A stretch of 64,000 nt of DNA from Psammoneis japonica (GCA_008632985.1 QPGO01000196.1:1-64000); one strand, 5' to 3'; positions 34,519 to 48,488 are shown, counted from the first letter of the stretch. The notes: a model not told the origin generated them from the sequence alone. Translations and numbers: made by a program.

Positions 34519-37500
34519 ATGGTTCTCACTCGTCAGCAACAAACCGATGGTTTCGAGCACGTTGTTGGAACCGTGCTTGCCCAAGGTGCTGGGACTCGTG
34601 TCAAGAACTGTTCACGTTCATACCGTCCCAAATCGACTCGCTTGAGTACGACAACGGCACTAATGTGATCCCTTTGCCCCGTGGTTATAAGAACATGTTA
34701 GCAGCTCTAGTTAGTCTGTACATTGTCAAAGCACACAAAGGTCTTGACGTTGCCAATGACTCCTCTTTGTTCACGCATGACGAGTTCCTTGCCTACCGCC
34801 TCAGCCCCGACTACATGTCTTCTGTGTCCATCGGCAGCTCACCCCTTGCACCTCCGCATGTCACCAACCCGACCAAGGCACGCAACCCGGTGCGGGACTT
34901 CAAGCGAGGCATCAAGCGTGATCCCACCGCTTTCACGGCTCTCAAATCCGACAAGCAGTGGCACACTTGGCACACCTCACTTGTGGCACAAGCCCGTGCC
35001 CAAGACGTCGAGTGCATTCTAGACTCGTCGTACAAACCGACCAGCCCCAAAGACAAACTGCTCTTTGCTGAACAGCAAAAGTGCATGTTCGCCGTCTTCG
35101 AACGCACCCTTCTCACCGACAAGGGCAAGGCTCTCATCCACGAAAATGTGGGGTCTTCTGATGCACAGACCGTCTACCGTGCCTTGTCTGAGTACGCGCT
35201 CGCCTCCACCCGCGCATCTATTGAGTCCTCCACCCTGCTAATGTACCTTACCACCGCACGTCTTGGTGATGGCACTTGGAAAGTTCCGACCCACGGGTTC
35301 ATCCTTCATTGGCAAGATCAGTTGCGCAAGTACGAGGCACTCATCCCGGCCAGTGACCACTTCTCTGAAGGACAGAAGCGCGTCATGCTCGAGAATGCCG
35401 TGCACCCTGTCGAGGAACTCCGTGCTGTCAAGAACCAAGCTGATCAGCATCGTACGCAGAGTGGCAAGAGCCTCACATACGATCAATACTGTGGCTTACT
35501 CCTCTCCGCGGCAGCCCAATACGACAGTACGTTTCAACCCAAGACGACACCTCGAGCTCCCCGCCGCGCCATATACGCACACGACGTCTACTCCGAGGAA
35601 CCGTCCGACGATGTGTTCTACGACATTGACAGTGACATTGACATCCTTCAGGCCAATGCTGCCTACACCCGTGGTCCCAGCCTCACGGGTGACCAATGGA
35701 AACGTCTCCCTCCCGACCACCAACGGATTTGGGATTTGTTGCCCCATTCCTCCAAGGCGATCATCCTTGAGCATTCTCGTCCGCCTCCCCGTAACCCGCG
35801 AAACAGCAACTACCATGAGTCCGTTACGGCCAACCTTCACGACCAACGCCTTGGGAGTGACGGTGATGTCAACTTGTCCAACACGACTCCTGCTGACTCT
35901 GGTGACTCCGCTCCAAATGTGGATGGCACTTCGGATAATCCCATCCTGGCGCACCTCACCAAGCGCAAGCCACTGCCACCCGGTGATCTGCACCGTCTGT
36001 TGTCTCCTAACCAAGCCCCCAACGCTAGTCCACCGGGGCCATCCGCCGCTCCCTCTACCCCGCCAGCTTCTGCCGATGACATAGAACTTAACGGCCGCAC
36101 TTACCGCCGCGTTAACAACCACAATGTCATTTACTCTGCCTCTGCTCATCGCTCCACACGCACTGGCGCTCTAGTCAATCGTGGGGCCAACGGCGGCATT
36201 GCTGGCGACGACGTTCGCGTCATTGCACGCACCTCTAGCCAAGTCGACGTTCAGGGCATTGACGATCATCAATTGGTGGACATCCCTGTTGTCACCGCTG
36301 GTGCCGTCATTGAGACCCAGCGTGGTCCCGTCATCGCCATCCTCCATCAGTGCGCATGCACGGGCAAGGGCAAGACCATCCATTCCTGCGGCCAGCTCGA
36401 ATGGTACAAACAGGATGTCAACGATCGCTCTGTCAAGGTGCCCAATGGCTTGCAACGCATTGCCACTCCTGATGGCTATGTCATCCCCATTGACATCAAG
36501 GCCGGCCTGCCTTGTGTTGCCATGCGACCTTACACTGACGCCGAATGGGACACCCTGCCCCATGTCATCCTCACCGGTGATGACACATGGGATCCTTCCG
36601 TCCTCGATCACTCTGTCACTGATGACGACCAGTGGTACGACGCGATCTCTGACCTACAGGACGATCCCACTGCCAACCTGTTTGACGAATGCGGCAACTA
36701 CCGTCATCGTGTTGTTGTCAACGAGACCATCATGTCCGCTTCCTTGTCTGCAGATCACGCGTCCGCCCTCGATGATCACCTCATTCCGAACAACGACGTG
36801 TTCTACGAATGTCATCTACACGCGATTGACCCCAAGGACGACGACGTCCCGCCCCCGGAGCGCACTGTACAGCCCAAGGACCCGCCCTTCGAGTCTCTTC
36901 GGCCTTACTTTGGCTTCCTACCTACCGATGCGGTCCGTCGTACTTTTGACTGCACCACGCAGTATGCCCGCATGCCCGCCGGTGCACACCTTAGGAAGGC
37001 CTACAAATCACCCAACCCCGCCCTTAATGTGCACCGCCGCAACGAGCCTATCGCCAGTGACACCGTTTGTGCCGACACCCCGGCCGTCGACTCTGGTTGC
37101 ACCAGTGCCCAACTGTTTGTTGGCACCGAGTCTACCGTCACTGACGTCTACGGCACCAAGACGGACAAAGAGTTTGTCAACACACTCGAGGATCAGATCC
37201 GTGAGCGTGGTGCCCCATCCAAACTCATTAGCGACCGTGCTCAAGTTGAGATCAGCAACAAAGTGCTCGGGATCCTACGGGCCCTCTTCATCTCCAGCTG
37301 GCAAAGTGAGCCTCACCAGCAACACCAAAACTTTGCCGAGCGTCGATGCCAGACCGTGAAGTGCATGGCAAACACTGTCATGGATCGTTTTGGTTCGCCC
37401 GCCCACACATGGCTGCTGGCGCTCATGCATGTGTGCTTCATACTCAACCATGCAGCATCCCCACGTCTCCACTGGCGCACGCCCCTCGAGACTCTCACTG

Positions 37501-40151
37501 GCTCCACCCCGGACATCAGCCCATTGCTTCGCTTTCACTGGTGGGAACCCGTGTACTTCCACCTCGATGACTCCGATTGGCCGTCCGAATCCCGTGAGTT
37601 GCGTGGACGCTTCGTTGGCATTGCTGAGCACGTCGGCCACCAGATGACCTTCAAGATTCTCTCTGACGAGACTCAGAAGATCCTCCACCGGTCCAACATC
37701 CGCTCTGCTGCCACCGATCCTGCCGTTCGAAACCTGCGTCTTGATCCTCCTGATGGGGAGCCACCTGAACCCATCATCAAATCTCGCCATGACGACAACC
37801 CCGTCGATTCTCCTGATGGGGAGATCAGGACACCCAAGATGCCAGTTTTCGATCCGCAAGACATCATTGGACGTACCTTCCTCATGCAGCCACAAGAGGA
37901 CGGACAACGCCACAGAGCTCGCATCGTCAAGGCCGTCGAAGACCACGAATGGAAAGTGAACGGCAATCCCGAGCTCACTAAGTTCGTCTGCTCTGTCAAC
38001 AACGACGAATACGAGGAAGTCCTTGCCTGCAATGACATCATGAATCACATTGAGCAAGAAGACGAAGACACTGCTATTTGGAAATTTCGACGCATCGTGT
38101 CACACGAAGGACCTCTGAAGCCTCACGACCCAACCTGGAAAGGCTCAAGCTACAACATCATGCTTGAATGGGAAAGTGGGGAGATCACGTCTGAGCCTCT
38201 TGCCATCATCGCCAAGGATGACCCCGTCACCTGCGCCATCTATGCACGAGAGAACGGACTCCTCGACACGGATGGCTGGAAGTGGTTCCGCACCATCGCG
38301 AGGCACCAAAAGAAGCTATTTCGCATGGCCAACCAAGCCAAGCTTTGCTCCTTCCGCACTGCACCTCGCTACAAGTACGGATGCGAAGTTCCCCGGAACT
38401 ACAAACACGCCATGTCACTGGACAAACGCAACGGCAACCGCAAATGGGGAGACGCAACTAATCTCGAGTTGGACCAACTCGACGAATACGAAGTCTTCCA
38501 TGACTGCGGGCCCTTCGAGTCTTCCACTCCTCCTGCGGGACACAAGAAGATCCGAGTGCACCCAGTGTACGACGTGAAACATGACGGTCGCCACAAGGCA
38601 CGACTCGTAGCCGACGGGCACCTCACGGACGTACCTGTCGACAGTGTCTACTCCGGAGTAGTCTCCCTCCGTGGCCTTCGGCTGATGATTTTCCTGGCCG
38701 AACTCAACGAGTTGGAGACATGGGCCACCGACATTGGCAATGCCTACCTTGAAGCCACCACCAAGGAGAAGCTTTACATTGTAGCCGGACCCAAATTTGG
38801 CAAACTCGAAGGACACATCCTTGTCATCCACAAGGCCCTGTGTGGACTGCGCAGCTCCGGTCTCCACTGGCACGAGCGCTTCGCCGACTGCCTACGAGCT
38901 GAAGGCTTCTTCCCCTGCCGCGCCGAACCCGACATTTGGATGCGCAGGAACGGCGACCACTATGAACACATTGCAGTTTATGTGGATGACCTCGCCATTG
39001 CCATGAAGGACCCTCAATCTTTCGTCGACACTCTCACGGAAAAGTGCAAGTTCAAGCTCAAGGGTGCGGGACCCATTGAGTTCCATCTGGGTTGCGACTT
39101 TTCCCGGGATCCCGACTTAACCTTGTGCCTGTCCCCGCGCAAGTACATTGAGCGCATGGTCGACAGCTACGCCCGACTGTTTGGGGAGAAACCTGCCACT
39201 AATGCCCTGTCACCTCTGGAGAAGGGTGACCACCCCGAACTGGACACTTCCAAACTACTGGGACCCGATGGCATTCACAAGTTCCAGTCTCTTGTTGGTT
39301 CACTCCAATGGGCAGTGTCTCTTGGTCGAATTGACATTACCACGGCCGTCATGTCACTCTCTAGCTTCCGAGCTGCGCCCCGTCAAGGCCACTTGGATCA
39401 TGCCAAACGCGTCTGTGGGCACCTCTCCAAGATGCGACACGGTGCTCTCCGCGTTCGCACAGAAGAGCCCGACTATTTGGATCTCCCTGCTCCGGCCTAT
39501 GAATGGATGCATTCCGTGTACGGCGAAGCAGAAGAGATGATCCCGAAGGATGCTCCACCGCCCCTTGGCAAGTTCGTCACTACCACCCACTACGTCGATG
39601 CAAACTTGTACCATTGCATGCTCACCGGACGCTCTGTCATGGGAATGCTCCACTTCCTCAACAAATTCCCGGCTGATTGGTTCTCTAAGAAGCAAGCCAC
39701 CGTGGAGACTGCGACCTGCGGGTCTGAATTTGTTGCCGCAAGGACTTGTGTCGAGCAGATTATTGGCCTGAGCATCACCCTGCGCTACCTTGGCGTCCCG
39801 ATCCGTAATGTTAGTTACATGTTTGGTGACAACAAGTCGGTTGTAGACAGTGCCACCATCCCGCACTCCAAGTTACACAAGCGACACACCGCACTGTCGT
39901 TCCACCGTGTGCGTGAGGCAATTGCCTCTGGTTACCTTGAGTTCCACTTCATCGAAGGCTCCCGCAACCCTGCTGACATCCTCAGCAAGCATTGGGGTCA
40001 CTCCCAAATCTGGGACCTTCTCCGCCCCCTCATGTTCTGGAACTTCATTTCATCCGAAGTCGAATCTGTTTCTGTGACTCCTCAAGCAAACTGGGGAGTG
40101 ACAGGATTTGAACAGGATTTAGGTGCGCGCGAAATGTCGCGCGCTGTTTAG
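34519..40151 (+). pseudogene. Copia-A1 Gag-Pol polyprotein (gag-PR-IN-RT-RH)
   Basis: ATG at 34519; a 37-bp deletion at ~34595 shifts the frame, followed by the 1828-aa ORF. Protease LVNRGANG (D->N vs copy 2), IN ISDRAQ and QNFAERR, RT HKARLVADG and YVDDL, RH DNKSV and NPADILSK. The stop lies inside the 3' LTR. Confidence 0.93.
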
Positions 40152-40164
40152 TTTACCGAGCACA

Positions 40165-41195
40165 TTAAGCCGCCGATTCCGTTCGCACGGCCAGAGAAGA
40201 AAGAGCTGCAGCAGGGTGAGCACCAGACGTTCAAGCTACGTAACAACCCTGCTGATCCGGATAGTCCAATGCACGAGATGGGCATCCCGCACCTTTCTAC
40301 GGCTACATGCGAGACACTCCTAATCTTTCTACGCAACGTGGATCGCGTGCACGAAGGACAAAACATCACGACCGGGCCAGCGAAATTTGCCCTTATGCGT
40401 GACCTGCTACAGGGCGATGCTCTGACGTCATTTAACAATGCCGCTGACAAGCAGGCATCCCAAACCAACGCTACGTACGCAGCATGCGTCGCGAAGCTAA
40501 AGGAAAGTATCTTCCCACATGGGGTGGTACTGTTGCAGAAGCGTCATCTGAGGCGCTTCATGCGCAAGCCCACAGAGGTTGCTACTCGTGACTACGTCGC
40601 AAGGGCTGTTGAAATTAATGGCTATATCTCTCAGTTTCCACCCGTGACGGAGGATGGAGAAACACCGGCACCATTGCCTGATGACGAACTATGCGATATG
40701 TTCGAGTACGGTGTGCCGAATGCATGGCAGAAGTTCATGACGCTACAGAATTTTGACCCGTTGGCGCATGCTATCGCTGAATTTGTACAGTTCTGCGAGC
40801 GCATCGAGCAGGTCGAGCTCACCGAAGGTAACCAGGACCAACACACTAAGGTTCCACGTAAGCGGGGACGTAGAACGGACAATCCTGAGTCATTGATCAC
40901 GACCCAACGGAACACCCAGAAGTCATGCACGCTACACGGGACTAACTGTGGACATCATACGGAAGATTGCCGTCAGCTCAAGCACCACGTGAAACGTGTC
41001 AAGACTGGACATTCCAATAACGGAGGCGGCAAGCCTAATGCAAAACCTCGGAATGAGGAAGATATTAATGCTCTCATCGGATCGAAGGTCGAGGAGTTCT
41101 TTGCCAACGCTCAGAAAAAGCGCAAGGCCCGCGAGGAGGAGCTTAATCACTTCCGCGACCTCAACTTAAGTGATTCCGAAGATTCGGATGCCTGA
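40165..41195 (+). pseudogene. gag: Gypsy-A A3 gag, remainder
   Basis: Restarts at ttaagccgccg, about 190 bp upstream of the copia insertion point, and ends at TGA 41195. Confidence 0.9.
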
Positions 41196-44100
41196 GAAGG
41201 GGGCCGACACGAAACAGGTAGTTTTAAAATACATTAGATGAATGTATAAATGAACAACTGAATTACCATCATACACGTGTTGTAGGCCAATCCCGCAAAC
41301 GAGTTAAAAAGACTCATCTTACTCCAATCTTGTTCACAGCTATGAACACTAAACATGGCAAGGGCAAGACTCAAACTATTAAGGCACTACTGGATAGTGG
41401 CGCCAGCAGCACTCTACTCGATAGTCGATACTGTAAACGTCTGCGAAGCCATTCAACGGCTGAGACAAACTGGACTACGGTAGCAGGCTCGTTTAGTACG
41501 TCTAACGACTGCACCGTTAAATTTTGGTTACCAGAATTATCCGAAACTGCAGAACTTAAGCATACCGTCCACGTACACAACGGAAAGTTGGGCAAGTACG
41601 ATATGATTATTGGACGTGACATTCTGGAGACACAAGGCATTGACATTGTCTTCTCTAAACAGATGATAGAGTGGCCATTGGTCAATGGAGAAGTACCCAT
41701 GAGGCACGTAGATGCTACGGTGGAAACCTCCTTCTATCTTCAAGATCCAGAAGCCTTATCTTCGGAAACCGACCGGATCTCTCGTATTTTAGATGCTAAG
41801 TACGCGCCGGCCTGCCTCGAGGACATAAAGCGAGTGGCAATGGGACTTTCTATAGTTCAACAAAACGACCTTTTGGCACTATTGAAATGCCATGAGTCCT
41901 TATTTGATGGGACATTAGGAGAATGGAAGGGAGAACCCTACCATATCCAACTCAAGGAGGGTGTAGAACCACACCACGCTCGTCCGTATAAAGTACCTCG
42001 TGCGTACGAAGCTACGCTACGTAAAGAAGTAGAACGCCTAGTGCGCATCGGTGTTCTTAAACGCGTTAACCGATCCCAATGGGCAGCTCCATCATTTATC
42101 ATACCGAAGAAAGATTTAACGGTACGCTTTATTAATGATTTCAGAGAGCTGAATAAACGGATCAAGCGATTGCCTTACCCGATTCCTAATATCCAAGATA
42201 TGCTACTTAAGCTCGAAGGCTTTATGTGGGCTACATCCCTGGATTTAAATATGGGCTATTATCACATCCGATTGGATACTGACAGTAAGAAGCTCTGCAC
42301 GCTCATCTTCCCGTGGGGTAAGTATGAGATGCAGGTGTTGCCCATGGGATTATGTAATTCGCCAGACATTTTCCAAGAACGCATGTCAGGCTTATTTGAA
42401 GATCTATCGTTCGTTCGAACGTACTTAGATGACCTTCTCGTCGTGACGAAAGGCACCTATGAAGATCACCTCAACAAACTTGAAGAAGTTTTATTGAGGG
42501 TCCAGAAAGCAGGACTAAAAGTTAATGCAACTAAATCTCACTTCTGTCAAACCCAATTAGAATACTTGGGTCATCTAGTCAACAGAGACGGAATACGACC
42601 AATACCTAATAAAGTCGACGCCATTAAGCGAATCGCGACCCCAACCAATAAACGCGACCTACGTTCATTAATTGGTATGGTGAACTACTACCGCGACACG
42701 TGGATTAGACGTTCTGAAGTCTTGGCTCCGCTAACACGACTCGTAAGCGAGACTGTTAAGTGGGAGTGGACGTCCGTTGAAGACGAGGCGTTCGAAACCA
42801 TTAAACGGGTGATATCGGATGATGTGTTATTATCACATCCTGATTTTAATAAACCCTTTGAGATACATACGGATGCCTCTAAATATCAATTGGGAGCAGT
42901 TACACCCCAAGATAATAAACCTATCGCCTTTTACAGCAGAAAGCTTAATAGTGCGCAATTAAATTATACAACAACGGAAAGAGAATTACTCGCCATTGTA
43001 GAGACGTTGAAAGAATTTCGAACGATTCTCCTTGGTCATCGTATAATTATATATACTGATCATAAAAATCTTACGTACAAAGTATTCAATACCGAGCGCG
43101 TTATGCGCTGGCGGTTAATATGCGAAGAATACGGTCCCGAATTACGCTATGTTAAGGGTACCCATAACCTAGTCGCTGACGCTCTTAGTCACCTTCGACT
43201 AGCACCCAGCTTGCCTTCCGAGGCCAATCCAGATGTAAAAGACACTCCATCGAGTCGTCCTTTGCATGAAGCCTTTAATGCAGACGCTCAAGATGAGCTA
43301 TCTCTGCCTATTAGCTTCAAGCGCATTCAAAAAGCATAACAAAAGGACAAGCGCCTACTCTCAAGAGCTAAGGACTCGTCCGACTACTCCAATTGCGCGT
43401 ATCGTGGGGGAGGGTCATCACGACAGTTAATCTGTCATAAGGACAAAATCGCAGTACCACAGTCATTGCAGGTTCCGCTAACTGAATGGCACCACGAGAC
43501 ACTGTGTCATCCAGGTGAGACACGTACGGAAATATCTATTGCCCAGCACTTCTATTGGCCTAGTATGAGGTCTACGGTGCATTCTACGTGCGTTAAGTGC
43601 GATCGATGCCAGAAGACAAAACGCCGAACACAGCGTTATGGGAAGCTACCAGAAAAGGTCGCAGAGATAATTCCATGGGAGACTCTATGCACAGATGTGA
43701 TAGGGCCATATAAAATTCAAAGACGCGGAAAGGACACTTTGCAATTATGGGCAGTCACAATGATTGACCCAGCAACCGGGTGGTTCGAGATTAAAGAAGT
43801 GTCTACGAAACGCGCAGACGTCGTAGCAAACGTCGTAGAACAAACTTGGCTATGCAGATATCCGTGGCCAACCCAGGTGGTTTATGACCGTGGGACAGAA
43901 TTTATGGCAGAATTTAGCCAAATGATTAAAAATGACTATGGGATTTTGAAGAAACCCATAAGTAAACGGAATCCACAGGCGAATGCCATAGTGGAACGTG
44001 TACACCAGACACTTGGTAACATGGTACGTTCCTTTTCAGTACAGGATATGGAACTGGACGAAGATGACCCATGGAGTGGCATCCTCTCCGCAGTAGCCTT

Positions 44101-44455
44101 CGCTGTTAGAGCTACGGTACATACGACCACGCGTGCAAGTCCCATGCAATTGGTCTTCGGACGCGATGCGGTTTTATCTATTGCCCATCGTGCTAAGTGG
44201 AAGTACATAAAAACCAGAAAGCAGAAGCTTATCCACTTAAACAACAAGCGTGAAAATCAGAAACGCAAGGATTATCAATATACCGTAGGGCAATTGGCAC
44301 TTATCAAACAGGAACAATCCTCTAAATACGGTTCTGACAGCTATGCAGGACCCGCCAGAGTTGTCCGTATATATGACAACGGCACGTTGCGTATCCAGAA
44401 CGGAGCGCTGATAGACACGTATAATCTATGGCAGATTGTACCCTATCACCATTAA
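41196..44455 (+). pseudogene. pol: Gypsy-A A3 pol (PR-RT-RH-IN)
   Basis: ORFs 41330-43339 and 43466-44455. A 2-bp insertion near 41228 and a CAA->TAA stop at 43337. Motifs LLDSGAS, YLDD, TDASK, HHCC and DDE. Confidence 0.94.
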
Positions 44456-44930
44456 GACATTCTGTCACTTAACGGCCCTGATCATGGGGGAGTGTGCAGT
44501 ATGCCTCACTACTGGACAACACGGCGAGACCGTGCATGAGCCTCTTGTACGTGGCAACGTAGCATTGTTAACACGTACCTGGGAAGCACGACCACAGGAG
44601 AGCGTGGCTCTAGGTCTTAGGCAATTCCAGAAGGATGCTAAGAGAGCATCCGTGTGAAGCACACTAGCCCGTCATCTGGCCCACGATGGTAGCGTGATTC
44701 CACACGATGACATCACTCGTGCATGGCGCGTGATGGCTTGATTCGCACGATCCATAATGCGAACGCACGATCGATTTAATACGATCCAAATGCGAACGAA
44801 TAGGGATTTGGCAAGATTCCCTATTCGCACGATCCCATTTTCTCTACTCTAAACTAGCTCATAATTTTCACAACGACAAAGTCGTAACACATCTTCTTTT
44901 TCAGCGCCTGGTGCATACATGGGGCAAGAT

Positions 44931-47900
44931 GTTTGAATGTGAGAAGCAATGTAGTCTCTCATTTCCATGTTGCCAGCATAATCAAGAACACTGGCCAGGG
45001 AGGAAAAAACGCAAGTGTCATTTTGTCCTTGCAGGAATTTCACGGGTGGACCGCTCGTCAGCAAGTCACTGTTCGATGGCATCAACACGTTTCCTTCCGG
45101 CAAGGAGCAATGACCATCCGATGGCTTCAATTCTTTCAAATCTTTCCACACATCTGGAAACCGAAACTTAAAATTGCACTCAGCCCAATCCAGGGTTACG
45201 TGCATAGGACGGTTCCCCTCCAAGCCGTGGCCAATGAAATCAGCTCCCCACCCAACCGGTGGAAGTTTTTGAATCTCCGCTTCAGTCAATCTCTTCAGTT
45301 TGGCAATCTGTGGTGGGTTGCAAATCGATTCCACCTTGTTCTTAATCTCATCCCTGCATTTTCAATTGAGTTGCTGGGGAACGTTTGGTTTGTGTTTGGC
45401 ACTTAAAATGAGGCCTGCACACGTGTTCATGGGATGGCCGTTCATTTCATTGTATCGCACGTCAAACCATGGTTCCCACAACATGACGCCCTTGTTTTTC
45501 CCTTCAAAGCAACCAAACAAGTGAGGAACGGCTCCTTCGGAATCGCCAGGACGCTGACGCCTGCTGTTCCATTTACTTGGATCAATCCAAATGAGTTTTT
45601 TAACCTGCAACATCACTTGAGCGTCTTCATACTCACGCTCGAGTCGATCCCTTTCTTGTTGGTGTCGCTGCTCTTTGGTCAACCGACGCCATGAAGTGTC
45701 TCCTTTTGGCCTTGGTTTCGGGACAGAGCTACGAAGGCCAATGAGATCCTCATCCTTATGCACTCCAGTGATGTCTTTCAAAAGCTGATGCGAACGTCTG
45801 CAACAAGCCTCCCCCACTATCTCCTGCTTCTCTTCTGCAGCCGGGGCTTTGTCCCTCTTCTCTTTTGCAGCCGGGGCTTTCTCCCTCTTCTCTTTTGCAG
45901 CCTTGGCTTTCTCCCTCTTCTCTTTAGCAGCCTTGGCTTTCTCCCTCTTCTCTTCTGCAGCCGCAGAAACTTCTTCCTTGCATTCATCGTCCTCCTCGTC
46001 CTCAGTTTCCTCTGGATCTTGCTCCTCCTGGATTTCGTCTTGCACACCGTCATCTTCCTCCTCTTCCTCCTCTTCCTCAGGCGATTGATCCATGGCCCCA
46101 TCTTCCTCCTCTTCCTCCTCTTCCTCAGGCGATTGATCCATGGCCCCATCTTCCTCCTCCTGGTTTTTGTCTCGCAGTTGCAACCATGCAGTGCCAGCCT
46201 CGGCCTTTTGCAGGTCATCCGTCGCTTCAATGCCCTCCTTTCCCTCTTCCTTTTCCTCCTCCTCCAGCTCTTCCTTCATCCTTGCATCACAGGCACTAGC
46301 GTAATCCATGTGATGATGGCAACGAATCCTTCTGCAAAACTTGTACCATGCAAGTCCTGGAGCTGCCTTGCACCAATCAGCAAGGTGAGCAAGCGGCTCT
46401 TTGTGGCAGTCCTTCCTGCTTGGTCCAGTGGGGAAGTGAACTTCAAAGATGTGTTTGTCTTTGGTGATGGCCTCCACTAACTCGGAGTATCGTTGCGGCT
46501 TGAAAGGCTTGCACCACTTGTCCGGCGGACACTGACCGCCTCTGCATTCACCATCAGAGGTAATCCGCAATACATGGTTGTACCACCAACCTACAATGAT
46601 GTCAAACAATGCCTCGGATGGCAGTGTGTCATCGGGGTTGTATGGCCCAAATGAGAAAACCCTCCGGCAGCCATTCATGCAACTTATGAGCACTTTGCAT
46701 TGTACGTTGGTGGGAAGTTTGGGAATGTAGGGATCTTCCTCCATGTCATCATCTGACTGTTCAAGCTTCTCCCTTTTGTAACACTCGTTGTGAAAAACAC
46801 AATCGTCATTGTGATCCACATTGGTCTTCTTCAACTTCTTATAGCTGATGCATGGTTTTCGACATAGCTTTTTGTCCACCTGCTTCCTCTGAGCGATTTC
46901 GTTTTGAACAGAGCAATGGTTGCAGATTGAACCCCAGTGCTGTTTTGCAGATAGAACGGGATGTCTTGTTTCACAGTAGAACTTGACGTGCAACCCCTTC
47001 AAAGCCAACATTTCAAAATGGTTCTTCACCCCCTTTGGAGACTTAATTCACCACCAACTTTGACGCACGACCTCGCCAAAAGGCAGCCACGCATGCATCT
47101 TTAAATCTTTGGTCAACTTTTCATCATCGCATGTTTCTAGGTTTTGAATGTTGACCAACGATGCCTTGTGGAATCGGTGCTTGGCATTGCACGAATGATC
47201 AGCAATGCATCCTCCTTCAACAAGTGGTTGCTCCCAAAAGTCTTCATGTTGTGGATCTCTGTTGCAATGTTCTGATGCTCTGTGGTGGAATGAGGCAATG
47301 CCAAAACAATTGCAGAGCTCATTGGAGTAATCGTCTCCTTTGCACACAGGGCAACAGTGTTGTCTCCATCATTCTCCATGAGATGATCCCAGTCCCAGTG
47401 CTTGCAGACGTCCGCCAGGTTGGAACGATCACTCATGGTGTCCGTGATGTCCTCAAAACCCATCACTCCCATGTAATAAGATTTCAATGTCTTCTGACAA
47501 TGAAGATGTGCATCCATCTTCTTGACAACACCACAGCAAATGGCTTGGGCAAGTCCAATCAAAAAAGGACAAACACACCTCAACTCGACAGTACGATTGA
47601 TTGGCTCTCATCGACCGTCATGACCTCCACAACCTGAGACTCTGTCACACGGACGTAATCAACAAGCAGGCCAATGTTTGTCTTGACACGGCACATCAAA
47701 ACAGCAGCAACATTTTGCTTGTCCTTCACGGCGTCCCTCATCGACATTCCTGATGGCACCACAACCAACATCAAGAGGTGCTGGTTCTTGTCCTTGATGT
47801 ATTGGTTTAGTTGCGGTCAATTCTTGGAGTTAAATTTTTCACAAAACCAATCAACAACAGTGTTGCAGAACATGTTCCGTGTTTTGGCACTGTTGAACCC

Positions 47901-48233
47901 ATCAAAACCATTCTTGTGATGAAGAACATGAAAGAGAGGGCTCGTCTTCTTGGTTCCACGATCTTCTGTGGTCAAGATGCTCAAATCTACAAGACCTTGA
48001 GGGCATGCAAGGGGATCAACTACATCTTGGAGAGGCACAGTGTACCAAGTTTTGGCTTTACCCTGCAGTGGGTAATGTTCCGCGAGTGCCTCGACGTGAC
48101 GCTGGATGCAAAGGGAAACCTTCAATGTGCTGGAAGAGTCATCGTTTGCTTGAGGGGAACTGCCACCAACGGGACGCTGCTGGGAGGCTACTTTGGCCAA
48201 CATGTCCATGGCGATGTTGCACTGCTTTTGCAC
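44931..48233 (-). pseudogene. Cargo gene: GNAT-like domain, acidic and Lys/Ala repeats, catalytic-Cys region of a papain/C39-like peptidase
   Basis: Chain of minus-strand ORFs broken by stops and frameshifts. LLVDYVRV...FLIGLAQAI...HLHC...LKSYYMGVMGF (~47460-47720) resembles GNAT motifs A and B. FLQGQNDTCVFSSLASVL (~44990-45045) resembles Q-x4-C-x3-S-x-A. Confidence 0.55.
45825..46160 (-). repeat. Coding repeats: 30-bp unit x~5 (KAKAAKEKRE) and 48-bp unit x2 (EEEEDGAMDQSPEEEE)
   Basis: Visible in the DNA and in ORF 45362-47029. Confidence 0.9.
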
Positions 48234-48488
48234 TCCTGTTTGTATGACAAATGCACTCCAGAGAGGGGGCCAACAACGTCAGTTACCATGAAAGTGATGC
48301 GGATGAACAGAGGCAGCCTTTAAGGCAGTTCCAGATGCTGAAAAATGTCAAACAGTAAGCTGCACTCCCGCTTGTACAACAAATGCACTCCAGAGAGGGG
48401 GCCAACGTCAGTTACCACGAAAGTGATACAGATGAACAGAGGCAGCCTCTAAGGCAGTTCCAGATGCTGAAAATTACAAACAGCAAGC
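48229..48488. repeat. ~131-bp tandem duplication upstream of the cargo gene
   Basis: acaaatgcactccagagagggggccaac...aaggcagttccagatgctgaaaa occurs twice. Confidence 0.9.

Larger units (their letters stand above)
33304..40164 (+). mobile_element. Copia-A copy 1 (CoDi-like), 3' LTR truncated
   Basis: 5' LTR 33304-33579 (TG...CA, 276 bp). PPT ggggag precedes the 3' LTR at 40099, of which only ~66 bp remain. Confidence 0.92.
32574..44926 (+). mobile_element. Gypsy-A copy A3, interrupted by Copia-A1
   Basis: 432-bp LTRs at 32574-33005 and 44495-44926 share the variants cctcactac and aggagagcg. TSD AGAT at 32570-32573 and 44927-44930. Confidence 0.95.

Noticed and set aside
34723..40077. Long alternate-frame and antisense ORFs over the copia and transposase genes
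   Set aside because: Expected from codon bias and loss of TAA/TAG through TA depletion; no motifs.
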